64,000 nucleotides of DNA. Origin: Lobosporangium transversale (lineage: Eukaryota). Where the stretch lies: positions 682,001 through 746,000 of the forward strand of contig NW_019028996.1 in NCBI RefSeq assembly GCF_002105155.1, written 5' to 3'. The notes below the pieces were generated by a model that ran no database searches, had not been told where the DNA came from, and saw only the letters and a program-made list of their open reading frames with translations. Positions 14,484-27,169 of this stretch are shown in pieces (positions within the stretch are counted from its first letter, which is position 1; every line of letters begins with the position of its first letter). The position numbers and the translations under genes are program-made.

Positions 14484-16848
14484 TTGGATTCCGAGCCAGA
14501 AGCGGAGCATGAGCCACCTCCTAGTAGCATTCATCCTTTATCATATCCTGGTACCGCGGGAACGGATAGCTCAGAAAGTCCGGAGCCAAGCGAGGGGACC
14601 GATGCGAATGTCAATGAAATAACAACCAAACTTTTGTCTTCCCAGTTGCATGATTATCAATGGATCAAGTCAACTGTTGATGATACCACGATCAAGGAAA
14701 TTGTAAATGAAACTCGCACAAATCAGTACGACTATCTCCCTCGTGTGTTTTACGTGGACAAGGAGGACTTCAGCACTTGGCTCGAACGAGACGGTCGCGA
14801 TCATTTCTTTGTTTGGGTAATGCGCAAGCATTATGATAATAAGCCAGGTGGCAGAAGCAGGTTTTCTTATGTTGAAACCTATGAATGCCACCATGGACAT
14901 GAGACACGAACGGAAAATGGCCCCCAAAAGGTTTCTCAAGGCTCTCCTCAAATTATCTCTCAAGACCCTGGGCAGGAATCAAGGGAAAAGAAAAAGAGAC
15001 GCGTCTTGAAGCCTAGCCAGAAAGCTGGTTGTACAGCCAAACTCATTGTCCACAACATGAAAGACGACAGTGAGGATCCCGAATATGCAACCAAGGGTGG
15101 AAGAAAGCAGCTTCGGATCACATACTATTTTAGACACACAGGACATACCCTCGGCGATGTTAATGATTTTCAATACCTTACCATGACGGAATCAACGAAA
15201 GCACGGATTCGAAACTTGATTCGTCTTGGCTTATGTACTAGAGGAATAATTGCTAAAATTAATTTGACTGGGCCCCAGGCATATTCTCTTCACAAGCAAG
15301 GGCGTTTGCAGCGCGACCATGTCCTTACATATGAGGACGTTTATAAAATCCACCATAAATACATGTGTAAACTGACAAAACTATCAGACAACGACATGGA
15401 CTCGATGAGGCTCTGGATGTCAAAGCTGCAGCAAGAGAAGCAGTTTACCGTCTTCACAAAGAGTTGCCTCTAGAAAGGACAGGATGGGAAGGTCTTTCCC
15501 AAATTTGCCCATGGATTCATGTCTCCTTTTCAGCGATCTGTATACAGCTCAAATTTTAATGTATTGGGCTGGACTCGACACATGGAACGAACCGCTCCAA
15601 GTTTGAGCTTTTTACAATAATAATCCAGGATCCACTGCGAATGAGTGCCGTCCCTGTCGCTTTCATGATCACCAATGACCTAGCCACCACTCTCTGGCAA
15701 GTTGGCTCTCTCATATTAAGGATATGGTTGGTGCCCCAGAGTTCATTACTACTGATGACGCTCAAGTGGAATACAAGGCCATCCGTAAAGCATTTGGACG
15801 GGATGTAACTGTCCATTTGTGTCTATGGCATGTGATGAAAGCCTGGGCCCGCAAGCTCTCGACCTTAATTCGAGGTGCCGATAGGAACCAAAACAAGGAT
15901 CTTCGGCAATCCGCAATGAATGAACTCCGTTCGATTCTTTATGATCCATCCCCCCGAAGTGCCGGTGAGAAGATAGTTGAATTCGAAAAGAAATGGTCGG
16001 AGCACAATGGGGGGAAACTTTGGAAATACCTCAAAGGACGATACTTTATTGAAGGACGTAGGCAACGGTGGATGAAGTCATATCGTGTTGGCTAATTCTA
16101 TGCCGGCATGGACACCAATAATTATGTAGAATCTTGGCACAATCATCTCAAGCCTCATTTTCTACGAGGCCATACTAACTGCCGAGGTGATAGGCTGATC
16201 TACCTTTTAAGCCATGATGTAGATGACTTCTATCAAGCGCTGGCAATGCGTAGTGTAGTTCGTTATGACCGGCATTCCAAAGGCGGGAAGATAGATATCT
16301 TGCAAGAAAGATGTCTAGACAACAAAACAATTGAGGAGCTTCAAGGTCTGGTTATCTACGTTGAAGGGTATTATTGCGTTATCTCGCCAACAACTGGGCG
16401 TGGTATATATAGCATTAACGTCGATGAAAACAATACCATTAGAGGATGTAATTGCCAATACTTTATTAATCGGCGCCGTCCTTGTATGCATATGCTTGTG
16501 TTATTCAAAGTCAAACAGAATGACGAAAATCGTCCACTAAGTCTTTCCAGAAGGCTATGCCTTTGGTCATGGACAAACACATGGCTGTTGAGCATGGTGA
16601 ATATCAAATTGAGGAGGAGGGTGAGTTTAACCAAACTGAGATTCAACTAGTTGAAAATCAGCAAAGCGAAGAAACTGATGAGTTGCTTGAGCCTTGAGCT
16701 GATTAGAAAGTTTCTTCAGAGCTCTGATATTTTAGATAGGTCAAAGGAGAATGTAGGGAAGTTGAGAGGCGTTGTAAATACGCTAGATAGTATGTCAATA
16801 ATCCCGAATACTTCTGGAACCAAGAAGCGACAACGGCAGTGTTACTAG
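14484..16848 (+). pseudogene. Mutator-like (MULE) DDE transposase with SWIM finger, disrupted
   Basis: FAR1/WRKY-like YECH..KAGCTAKL..HTGH, LDSTHGTN (off frame), ITTDD, LCLWHV, TNNYVESWH, CNC..PCMH. Stops at 15471 and 16093 plus frameshifts. Confidence 0.85.
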
Positions 16849-18071
16849 ATTTTAATAAAAAAAAGTAAACACAGAAAAAAAAAAAATCAACCAAATTAAG
16901 GTTTCTCCTATGAATAACGCATTTAAATTTCACACGCAATCATTACTGACGTTATTAGAGTGATTATATCTACCCTTCTCGAAAAGACGGCGCCATGCCC
17001 ATGCAATGTATGATAGAAGGCATGAATATGCACCAAATAAAAAAAGAATGAAAAGGATCCGTTCAGTATTTATCGAGATAGCACCAAAAGTTGCGACAAA
17101 GTTGAGTAATATTAAGGATTATACAGACTTTAAGCGTGAATAGCTCCTGCTAGAGTGCTGAAAATCAGGCGCTCTTGGAACAGTCGAAAGAGGAGCTTAT
17201 TATCTTTGGCTTAAAGCAGCTCCTAAGTCAATCTGTTCAGGATTCATGGAGCAACAACCGTATAGAGTTTTTCAATTACAAAAAAAAGCGAAAATATACC
17301 ATTTTTGACATACTCAATGGGTTGTTGCGCCGGATTCTTGAGAGGCAGAGCCCAGCCAAAGCAGGGTATTACTCATCTAGGCTGTAGCTACGATATGAAT
17401 CCTGGTTTTCAGTATTCTATGCAGTGGTTCTTCAGTAAATGAGCATAGAATATCGAAAAGTCGCTATTTTCTTCGACCTAGCTGCTTTTCCTTAAGGAAA
17501 ACTTTTTTTTCTGGCTATGAAAACAGTAGCGATTTTACCGCCATTGGACTCGTAATTGAAAAGTACATATAACCTGAGGGTTCTGTGGGTTTTAAGTATA
17601 TCTGTGTTGCGCTTCATCGTTTTTACTAAGTTTTGCAAAACTAATTTTGAAATGGTTGTCTAGATTGGTCACGTATCATATCCTAAATCACTCATCGCAT
17701 TACCAAAGATATCGAATCCCCTCGAAAAGTGTAAAACCCACTTTGAAAAGTTGCGCTTCGGTGCTTGCTATCGGCTCCAAGTGGAGCGAGCCCATTTGGG
17801 CCTGAAATGAGCGACTTTACTTATAAGACTAAGGGTACCGACACGCCTTTTTGTCTTCACTTCACTTCACGAAATACGCTTTTATTGTCATGTGATGCAT
17901 ATCGGAAATAAGAAATTTTAAGTTCAGGACTGAATATTTATTTCCTCTCCTCTAAAATCTAAGGGGACTCGTTGCTTTGCTGTTTACTTGCATCTATTGC
18001 TTTACTTGCATCTCATTTACTTGGTCATCAAGGTCATATGGCAGGACTTTTATTGCGTTTCACAGTTGCTC

Positions 18072-18432
18072 CTAGCGTGTCTATGAGGGTGGGACGTGGA
18101 GATTTCTTGTCTACGCGTTCATACGGATGAGCTCTCTCAGCCATTGTCGCCATTCAGCCACTGTCCAGTAGTCCTCCGCAACTGGTTATGCTCAATGTCG
18201 TTCATCTGATGCCTCATTGATGCCGGCGAGGAGGGGAGCCTTTTGTCATGTTCACGATTACTGCTTCTAGCGTGTCTATGAGGGTGGGACGTGATTTCTT
18301 AACTGTGCGTTCATACGGATGAGCTCTTTCAGCCATTGTCGCCATTCAGCCACTGTCCAGTAGTCCTCCGCAACTGGTTATGCTCAATGTCGTTCATCTG
18401 ATGCCTCATAGATGCCGGCGGGGAGGGGGGCC
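18072..18432. repeat. Tandem duplication, two ~168-bp copies, period 195 bp
   Basis: ctagcgtgtctatgagggtgggacgtg...gatgccggcg starts at 18072 and 18267. Confidence 0.85.
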
Positions 18433-20838
18433 TTCATATTTCTTTATTCATTTTATTTTTCAAGTATTTGTCTGTATGCCAGCTGACTGACATTTATTAA
18501 TGTTCTATTTGAGACAAAACTCTTAGAATGAAATCGTTTAGGCTATTTGCCATCACTGACCGGCACGACCACTCCGACTTCGACAAGCTTTACGCATGCT
18601 TTGTAAGCTACGTCGGTCGGGAGCGCCTGCGTGGCGATCGGGCAGCATCTTTGTACCAACTCGATATGGAAAGCTGCCGAAAGGAATACGATGACATTTG
18701 TGTCTTGGGGACCTTAGACCGCTCAAACGCAGCAGTTTCGATGATACGAACGTCAATCCAACAACATACGGAAAGTAAGTGTACTTATCGCAATGACTTT
18801 TGTATTCTGTAGATCTGATAAAAAATTAACACGCGCCTTCTTCACCAATGTAGAGGTTTCACAAGGTATTTTTATTGATGATATTGTCCTCTGTCCAACC
18901 TGGCCTCGTTGAAATTGTTTCTAACACTACACATTGTTTCATCTGAGACATAGCGAGAGGAGGTAGGTGTTGTTCTTTGGACGTCTTGTTTCTTCGGCAA
19001 GGTCGACTTCATCAATGCTGACGTAAGGAAATCTCTTAGGCACGATAGATGAACCCGAGACGACAAAGGCTAGCACTCAAGAGTCAGGTACTACCCTAGC
19101 TGCAAGTGTGGGAATGATCTATACTTTTAATTGATATTAATAGAGGCCGTAATTACCCAACGCTCAAATAGTTCCTGAGGAGATTTCGAGTTCTTCGCCT
19201 GTAACGGAATCAGTCTCTGCCCAGAGTACACGGAAGAGAGCGAGAGAGGCCTGTATCACAGAAGAGCCCTGGCATTCATTGGTAGTATCGCTGACCAAAC
19301 TTGTAAGTTCGTTTGGTTTGGTCAGTATAAAGCGCTGACGGGAGAGATGAGAATGAAAAAAAGGAATGCAGAAAATGAGAGAGTATCAAAATAAAAGAGA
19401 GTGTACAGAGTGAGGACAAATAAAAAAAAAAGAATGAAAGGGTAATGATGTTTGCTGAAAGATGGGTAGTGGGGTGAAAAAAAAGAAAATAAAAGTGTAC
19501 AAAGTAAAAAGAATGTGAGTTTATAAAATAAATAAAAAGACAGTGACTTTAGAAAAAAAAAAAAAAAAAAAAAAAAAAAGATGCATAGTCGCGTAAAACG
19601 AATTAAGCTCTAACTGATTACCTTTAACTAAAGTATAATTGGTTCAAATGGGGCGCTTTTGGGAAGGAGAGTAACATGTACGCAAGAATCGTGTCAAATA
19701 TGATAGATGAATAGACTTCATTTCGCCTTCAAGCATTGATACATAACCCAAGATATTAGGAATCTGTGAGCGAAGGAAAAAATAATAATAATAAAATAAA
19801 TAGGGTCCATAGCATTCGTGCATTCGTTTTCGTCAAAAGTCATCAACGATACCCAAGCAAACAGAAAAAGCATAAACACCAGCAGCTGAAGGAAATGAGT
19901 TGAGGCGCAAACGATTCCCGCCATTCGGGCAGTCAGAACCTCGAGACTTGATACTATACCTTGATGCACCCGCCATTCGGGCAGTCAGTGCACCTGGTCG
20001 ACATCTCCTCCGCCATTCGGGCAGTCGAGGAGTACAGGGATAGGACTTTGACATCAATTAAATGTCAACAATGTCCATCACACTGCTAAGTCTGTAACAT
20101 GGGATAGAGATTCTCAAACCATTTCACTTCATTGCTGATGAATATGCTCAAGAATACCAATCACTTACCTCAGGAGGAGCAGAGTGAACGAGAGGATTAT
20201 TATAAACCAGGCTCCCAAGCAACGTAGTGGGGGCAATTACAAAGTAAGTGGTGAGATAACTAAAAAAAAATAAAATTAAAATGAAAATGAAATAAACAGA
20301 GTTATGATAAGTCCAAGAGAATGGATGCAAAGTGAGTGGTGAAAATAAAAAGCACGAAATGAATGAGAAAATAAATGAGGTAAAAAAAAAAAAAACCAGC
20401 TGTGCAGGGACAGTGTGCGAACAAAAAAAAGTTTGCTGGTGGTAAAAAAAGGAAGCGGAGTGGGAAGGCAATTAAACGCGAAATCAAGTCGTCATCCGCT
20501 AATTAATTAACCTCGGATTAAACGTAAAGGTTAGTGGAGGAGGAGAGTGAGAGAAAGGTGTAAACAAATATTGTGAAGAAAGTAATGTGTGGGATAATAA
20601 TGTTGGTATATAATTTTATGATGATGGATGATTAATTAATTTTTATGCTGCGGCAGGAATAAAAAACAAGGCAAGAAGCTTAAATTTTGCACCACACTGT
20701 GTACGTAATTTATTTTTAGTGAGCACACTCTTCATTTTTCTCTCACACATTCTCTCAATCATTTTCTCTCTTTTTTCTTAATCTTTAGTGTCCATTATTT
20801 TTTTTTTTTTTTTTTTTTTTGCGCGCAATTATACCAAA

Positions 20839-21230
20839 ATGACAACCCAAAAAATTAAACTCTTTTGTATTTCGATGGGGATCCCACTGCATTTCCTTTG
20901 AGCTTGGCTTTCGACGATACTATTGGCGATCTCAAGGACGCGATTAAAGAAAAACAATCACCTTTTGCTTGACGACATCCGCGCAAGTGACTTAGTTCTC
21001 CATCATGTTTCGATCTCTTCTGCGCCAAAAAGACTAATTACACTCAACAATCTAACTGCTGATGAGAGAAAGAAACTTGAGGAGCTGGAAGACCCAACTA
21101 GCGAGATCTCTGAGGTCTTTGGCACCACACCAGCAAAGAAAGCCATCCATGTCATTGTTCAGCGTCCATCTGCAGGTAAGCGCTGTTCTTATTTGTTCAA
21201 TTACACTGATGATTATGATGACGCGTCTAA

Positions 21231-21277
<47 letters not shown>

Positions 21278-23400
21278 CCAATTAGTCGCCCCAACAAGTA
21301 TAATCAACCAAGTATAATAGTACATTCGTCTTCTCCTCCAATCAGCCGAACGTCATCTCCATCTCGTAAGTGATGTCCATCGAATTACTCTTCATTCTTT
21401 CGCAGTATGCGCTATATTAAGAATTCAATTTAATTAATTAGAGGACTTGGAGGCATCAATGAGGAGAATCACCGATACTTTTTTGCTCAGGAATCACCAG
21501 CGACTATTTTCCTAGTGGAGTATCTTAAACTCATCTCTGGTGGTGCAACAAGGGAGGGAATACGCAAGTTGTCCAAAGGGTCAATCAATCAAGGTCCTTG
21601 ACAACGTATGTGAAAAACTCCATACTGGCGGAGTAGCAGATAGTCTCATTTACATTATTGTTGAAGTACCGAAGCGAGGTATGTCTTTAGTTCTTGTTCG
21701 TGGTCGACTGATGTTTTCGATTTAAGGCTTCAAAACTACCTTCTGAAACTATTCTATTTGTTTATATTTTAACAAACAGTTTCGAAAAGGGATCGAGATC
21801 AGCTAGAGAATGACGAGAGTGATAGGAGTTCCCTCAAAAAGGCCAAGCTAGAAAACATGAGCCTACTGGAGACGATTAGTGCAGCAGGACTTGCCCAAAA
21901 GGCTTTAATAAACGGTGTTCCACGCCTGCGGAGCCTTATGAGTAAAGAACTGGTTTCAATACTTAAAAATATTGGCGCCATGGTGGGAGAGGATAACCAC
22001 TACTATTCAATACCCCAAACTACCACTTCCCTCCAAAACGCATCATTTCAAGAAATCGACGTGATATCCAGCCCTTTGGGGACAAAGCTTTCTGTGATCA
22101 ACATGAATGATCTGTACGTAAGGTCAGCTTTCAAAAAACTCTACGACACGGTCGTCAAGGATTTTTTTATAAATGGAGATGATAGAGAGCCTGCAACCAA
22201 AATTGTTGTCACAGGGACAGCCGGTATAGGGAAATCATCCTTTCTCGTATACTTCGCCATCCGGCTGCTTGCCGTTAGCAATGAGGAAGACCCGCCTATT
22301 ACCATCATCCAGAAAAAGGAAAGTTCAAAGTGCTATGCTTTCGGTGGACGATATGTTGTTCGATATGGGGACATGGAGGATTTCATGCCCTTCCTGCAAC
22401 TACCCAACACTTGGTTCCCAGTCGACAGTGCACCATCACCAGAGCTCACGCAAGCCAGGACTATCTTCTCGGTATCACCAAGAACTTTACTTTCTAGCGC
22501 GAATGGGTACCAAGAAATCATGAAGAGGGTGATATGGAAGTACCACATGGCTCCATGGGAACCGAGAATAATGGGAAAATAGGCGATGCCGAGTCGGAAG
22601 CATTAGAACGCGTTGAGCTTGCTTTATCCAACCTCCGGGATGATGTATCAAATATAATAATACAGTATATGCAGGGCCGGGATTCATTGGAGTTTAGCAG
22701 CCAGATTTTTCACCGTTATCCAACAAACGATCATAAAGGATTCGAATTACGACAGGCTTCTAATGATGTAATGCAAAAGGTGTATACTTTATCGGACGAG
22801 AGTACCCGTGCCAAGGTGTTGAGAATGCTCGTCGATGGTAATCCACTAGGCAAAGGAGTAATGTTCCAAAACTATGTGCAGCGTATACTGCGGCTGGGCG
22901 GTCGTAGCTTTAAGGCCAAGAGCATTGATGATGGCACTGAGATAACTATTGAAGTCGGAGAAGGCCCGAAAACCAAATTCTTTCATACTTAGGATGAATA
23001 TGTGAAGGACGATATGGAAGGATCATTGTGGCTGCCAAAGAGTAAGACCTTTTCTTGTGTGGATATGTCAATAGCTCCGAAATATGTATCTACTCCAGAT
23101 TACGACGAACAAGAAACATGGCATCAAAAGTGAAAACTTCAAGAAGCTTCTGAAAACTCTGCAAGATAAAAAGTGGATTAGCTCCTCTGACGAGATTGCA
23201 TTTATTTTTGTAGTCCCGCAAGACATGGTCGAGGAGTTCAAGAAACAAACTTACAGAACTGGAGCAGATCGTGTGGATCCTACGCCGACAAGACAATCGA
23301 ATTAAAAAATATCAAGCAACATGTTTTGGCGGTTGATCTGCAAGATGAGCTCTGGAGATGCAGGAAGAAGGCAAGCCAGACGGACAACCCAAATGAAAGT
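20839..23400 (+). pseudogene. Crinkler (CRN)-type gene: ubiquitin-like N-terminus, P-loop NTPase, REase-like tail; frameshifted
   Basis: MTTQKIKLFCI.., LVLHHVSI, IHVIVQRPSA then a GTAAG donor; Walker A VTGTAGIGKS; tail LLQITTNKKHGIK..FIFVVP. Several frameshifts and stops. Confidence 0.75.
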
Positions 23401-23578
23401 AGAATTGTGAATCAATAAAGTCAATGTACTCTGATAGAGGAACTAAATCGTGATTGATTTCCTCCCGCATTTGTTTTCACATCTTTCTCATTTTCTCCTC
23501 CACCTCAACTGCACCTTTAACGTTCATTCGAGGTAATTATTCTTGATTCGCTTCTTTAATTGCTTGATTACTTTCAAC

Positions 23579-24150
23579 ATGCCTAAATCTCAGTTGAACT
23601 TTTCAAATGAACTACATTGGATCCGCAATGAAGACGAAGAACACTAACGTTGCTCCCGTTTACTGGATATAGGTGGCTTTACGGAGGAGGAGCTACGAAA
23701 GCTTCGCTGTACTTTCGAAACATGGAAGATTAATAAGGCTCAACTGCGTTAGTGAATGGTTCAGAACCATTTGCAAGTGGTTCCATTAATAATAATATTC
23801 ATTTGTTCGTTTGAAAATCATGTGTCCCAATCTTCTGTTGGTTTATAGAATGACATGCTAATATAACGTAACCTTTTAATTTTGTATTCATTTAGTCCTA
23901 ACGCTGAATCGAAGCTTCAGAAACGTCGGCGGATCAAAGCTGACCGTCCTGATGTCATCATTAAGCTTCGAGGATATGAGGCTTTTTTCGGTGAAGTAAC
24001 AGGTCCTTCACAGGCAAGCAACATCTCTAAACGCGCTTGGGATACTTTCAGATGGGCGCGTTCGCAAAGTCATTTCTGGAAAATGGCAACGATATTGCTC
24101 CCATCACCCAAGTGATCTACACCTCTGGATCATACATTCGCCTGAACGTT
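23579..24150 (+). pseudogene. Deleted relic of a nuclease-fold orphan gene (N-terminus paralogous to the 27170 gene)
   Basis: atgcctaaatctcagttgaacttttc..ctacattggatccgcaatgaagac matches 27170 onward; downstream RPDVIIKLRGYEAFFGEVTG is a PD..E motif. Confidence 0.55.
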
Positions 24151-24329
24151 AATTAAATAGGCAAATATGTCACACAAGTATCTCTCAATGACATTCTTCT
24201 CCAAATGTTATCGGATCAGGTTATTTTAAATCGAAAGAAGAATGGACTGCTGATCTGCAACCAGAGGAAATAAACATCCGCCTTTGAACTTAAAATCACT
24301 TAATTCCTATATATAATTCACATGATAAT

Positions 24330-24910
24330 AAATATTTTTTGAGGGTTCCTATTCGTGTGCGAAAAGACATGTAGATATCCATGGTTTCACGTTTTCTGAC
24401 GAAGGTCAGTTTCCGTAGTAAAGTAATAAGTGCACCAAGACAGAGTATATGACTAATCTAGGCAACCATTTCATAATTAGTTTTGCAATACTTGGTAAAA
24501 ACGAGAGCACGACACAGAGACACTCAAAACTCACAAAACCCTCAGGTTATTTGTATTTTTCAATTACGAATCCAACGGCCATAGAATCGCTACCAGTTAC
24601 ATTTTCAGAAAAAAAAAATTTTTTTAAAGGAAAAGCGGGCAGGTGGTGGAAAATAGTGAATTTTCGATACTCTACGGCCATTTACTCAAGAACTGCCTCT
24701 CACGGTTCGGGTGCTATAATCTATTGGGTGTGTCAAAAATGGCATAATTTTGGTTTTTTTATACTTCCAATACTTTGTACAAGTGCTACTCCATGAATCC
24801 TGAACGGACCTCCTTAGGACCTATTTTAAACGAAAGACAATAAGCTCTTCTACCGACCATCCCAAAGACATCTGCTTTCCAGCGCTCTATCAGGAATATC
24901 GTTATTGATT
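24330..24910 (-). repeat. Diverged copy of the MULE 3' non-coding region
   Basis: aattagttttgcaatacttggtaaaaacg and tgtgtcaaaaatggcata match 43240-43590 directly and 17290-17650 in reverse complement. Confidence 0.65.
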
Positions 24911-25530
24911 TATATCTGAGAGTTGAGCAAGAACAAACGATTTGTGTTATTTTTTTTTTGACGAACACGTGAAGACGGAAAAAAAAAAAAAAAAAAAAAG
25001 AATGACGTATAAGAATCACTTTCATTATTCCCCTTAAAGTCGCACATTTAAAAGAATTCTTCGTTTCCTCAAAGTGTCTAATCATCCTTTCTTTCGTCCC
25101 ATTTTCCCCTCTTTTACTTGATTAACCCTCGCAATCTTTGTTTACACATTTTTCTCCTGCAACACAACTGCACCTTTATTTGAGGTAATTAATCTTAATT
25201 CGCTTCTTTAATTGATTGATTATTGGCTGAAGACTTGATTTCGCGTTAAATTTCTTCCATTGCCACTCCGCTTCTCTTTTACGCTCTCTCAGCACACCAC
25301 TCTCTCACTTTTTTTTTTTTTTTTTTTACCTCACTCTGTACACGTTTATCTTTCTCCCTCATTACGTGCCTTTTACATTCACTGCTCTCTTTGCATTCCT
25401 TCTTTTTTCACCCTCACAATTCTTCTCGTTTTCTTTGCGCACTAATTTATTTTTTTCCTTTTCCTCTACGTCTATTTATTTTTTCTCACCCTTCGCACAC
25501 CATTTCTCAATCACACACCCATCTGGGTAT

Positions 25531-25627
25531 CAGTGCTCCTATTTCAACTGAAATTTTGTCAATTATGATGTTTCAGATTAAAAAAATAAATATCAATTGA
25601 CAAATTTCAGTTCGAATAGAAGCACTG
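25531..25627. mobile_element. 97-bp hAT MITE
   Basis: Ends CAGTGCTCCTATT...AATAGAAGCACTG with an exact 8-bp TSD CTGGGTAT. Confidence 0.9.
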
Positions 25628-25907
25628 CTGGGTATTTACTCTCTCGCGCGCCTTGTTCGTTCTACTTTACTGCCACCTCCTCGCTCAACATCCTTATCAT
25701 CTTTGCACTTTCAAATGAAATTACTTGACGTTATAACGCCTTGGAAATAACTCACTTTATTCTATAACCAAATTGTTAGACCCGTTTCAGCACTCTCATC
25801 ACCTTCTACGCTTAATCGTCACACTATCGTACAAGTACACGGTTGTTTTTTTTTATTTTTTTTTTATTTGTTATTTTACTTATTATTTTGTTTTCATTCT
25901 TGCAAGG

Positions 25908-26350
25908 CAGCACCTCGTGCCACTTCGATGTTTTATCGTTGAGGCATCTGTCGAAACCACTCCAGCTATTTGATACATTTCCTCCTTAGCCTACTCAATT
26001 AGTGTAATTGAGGTAGCTGCTCAAAGTTGAAGCTAATCGCTTGGCTGTTGTGCGCTCGCTGTCTTGTTTAGTGATAACACCTCGTGCCTTCTTGATGTTT
26101 TATCATTAGGGCATCATGTCTAAACCACCTTGGCCTTTTGACGCGTTTCCACCTTGGTCTACTCAATTAGTGTAACTGAGGAAGTTCTGAAGTAGAAATC
26201 AAACTCTTGGCTCCTGTGCCCTCGTTATCACTAAAGCACCTCGTCTCATCTTGATGTTTATCATGGTGGGATCATGTCAAAACCACTCCAGCCATTAGTG
26301 TATTTGAGGAAGCTGCTCAAAGCACTTGGCTCTTGTGTGCTCGCTGGTCT
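25908..26350. repeat. Three degenerate ~160-bp tandem repeats
   Basis: cacctcgt..ttgatgttttatc..catcatgtc.aaaccac recurs at about 25911, 26078 and 26237. Confidence 0.7.
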
Positions 26351-26856
26351 TATTGCTTTTAAATTCTTTTGTTGTGGAAACAATCCAATCCGTTTGATTA
26401 CTGTTCTTATTGATTAATGTACAACACTAGGATACCTGTCAGAGAGAGATAATCTCTGAGTGCACGTTTTGTAGATTTTCCACTGATTTAATATGTGTAA
26501 ATCGTGTAAACAATGGTCACTCACATGGACAAGGGAGGTTGGGATTAAGATGACGTCATTACGGCAAGAACTAATGATAATCTTGATGCGATCTAATAGC
26601 TAATGCAAGCAAACAGATGCTGCGCAATCCGCAGCAAGACCAGATGACTCATCCGCATGACTCCAAATTGACCAATGATATTCCGGAAGACAAACAAGAG
26701 GAGAGTACCCGATCCGATGCCAAGACTACGACTAGTAATCAATCATCAAACGAGGAAGACTCTGCCACCTCAACCAAGACATATAATAGTCTAGAAGTAC
26801 CATCTCATATCAAGTAGCAATAAACACCTTATCTTTACTATACTTGCTTCCCTCAC

Positions 26857-26965
26857 CTTTGCCCACATATTTCCCTTGATCCTTTGCCCACATATTTCCC
26901 TTGATCCTTTGCCCACATACTTCTCTTAATCCCTTGCCCACTTACTTCTCTTGATCCCTTGCACA
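26857..26965. repeat. 25-bp minisatellite, about 4 copies
   Basis: cctttgcccacatatttcccttgat repeated with decay. Confidence 0.8.
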
Positions 26966-27169
26966 CTACCTGGTTAGTTACCTAGTCTTCCTCTAGTCTG
27001 GCTTTATTGCACATCATATCTTTACTATAATTTGCTTCCTCCATCCTTGACCACACTTCTCTTGTTCCTTGAACCCAACTGGTTAGTTACCTTTCTTGTA
27101 AGCTGACTTTATTACAATATCTCTGCAATCACTATCAATTTTTTGCAAAAATTATTAGGTACTTTCAAT

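Noticed and set aside
18528..19310. Possible spliced orphan gene fragment (MKSFRLFAIT..)
   Set aside because: No recognisable domain and no consistent exon chain; too weak to call.
19917..20030. Three copies of ccgccattcgggcagtc with spacers, CRISPR-like at first sight
   Set aside because: Eukaryotic context, no cas genes, unequal and partly similar spacers; more likely a decayed minisatellite.
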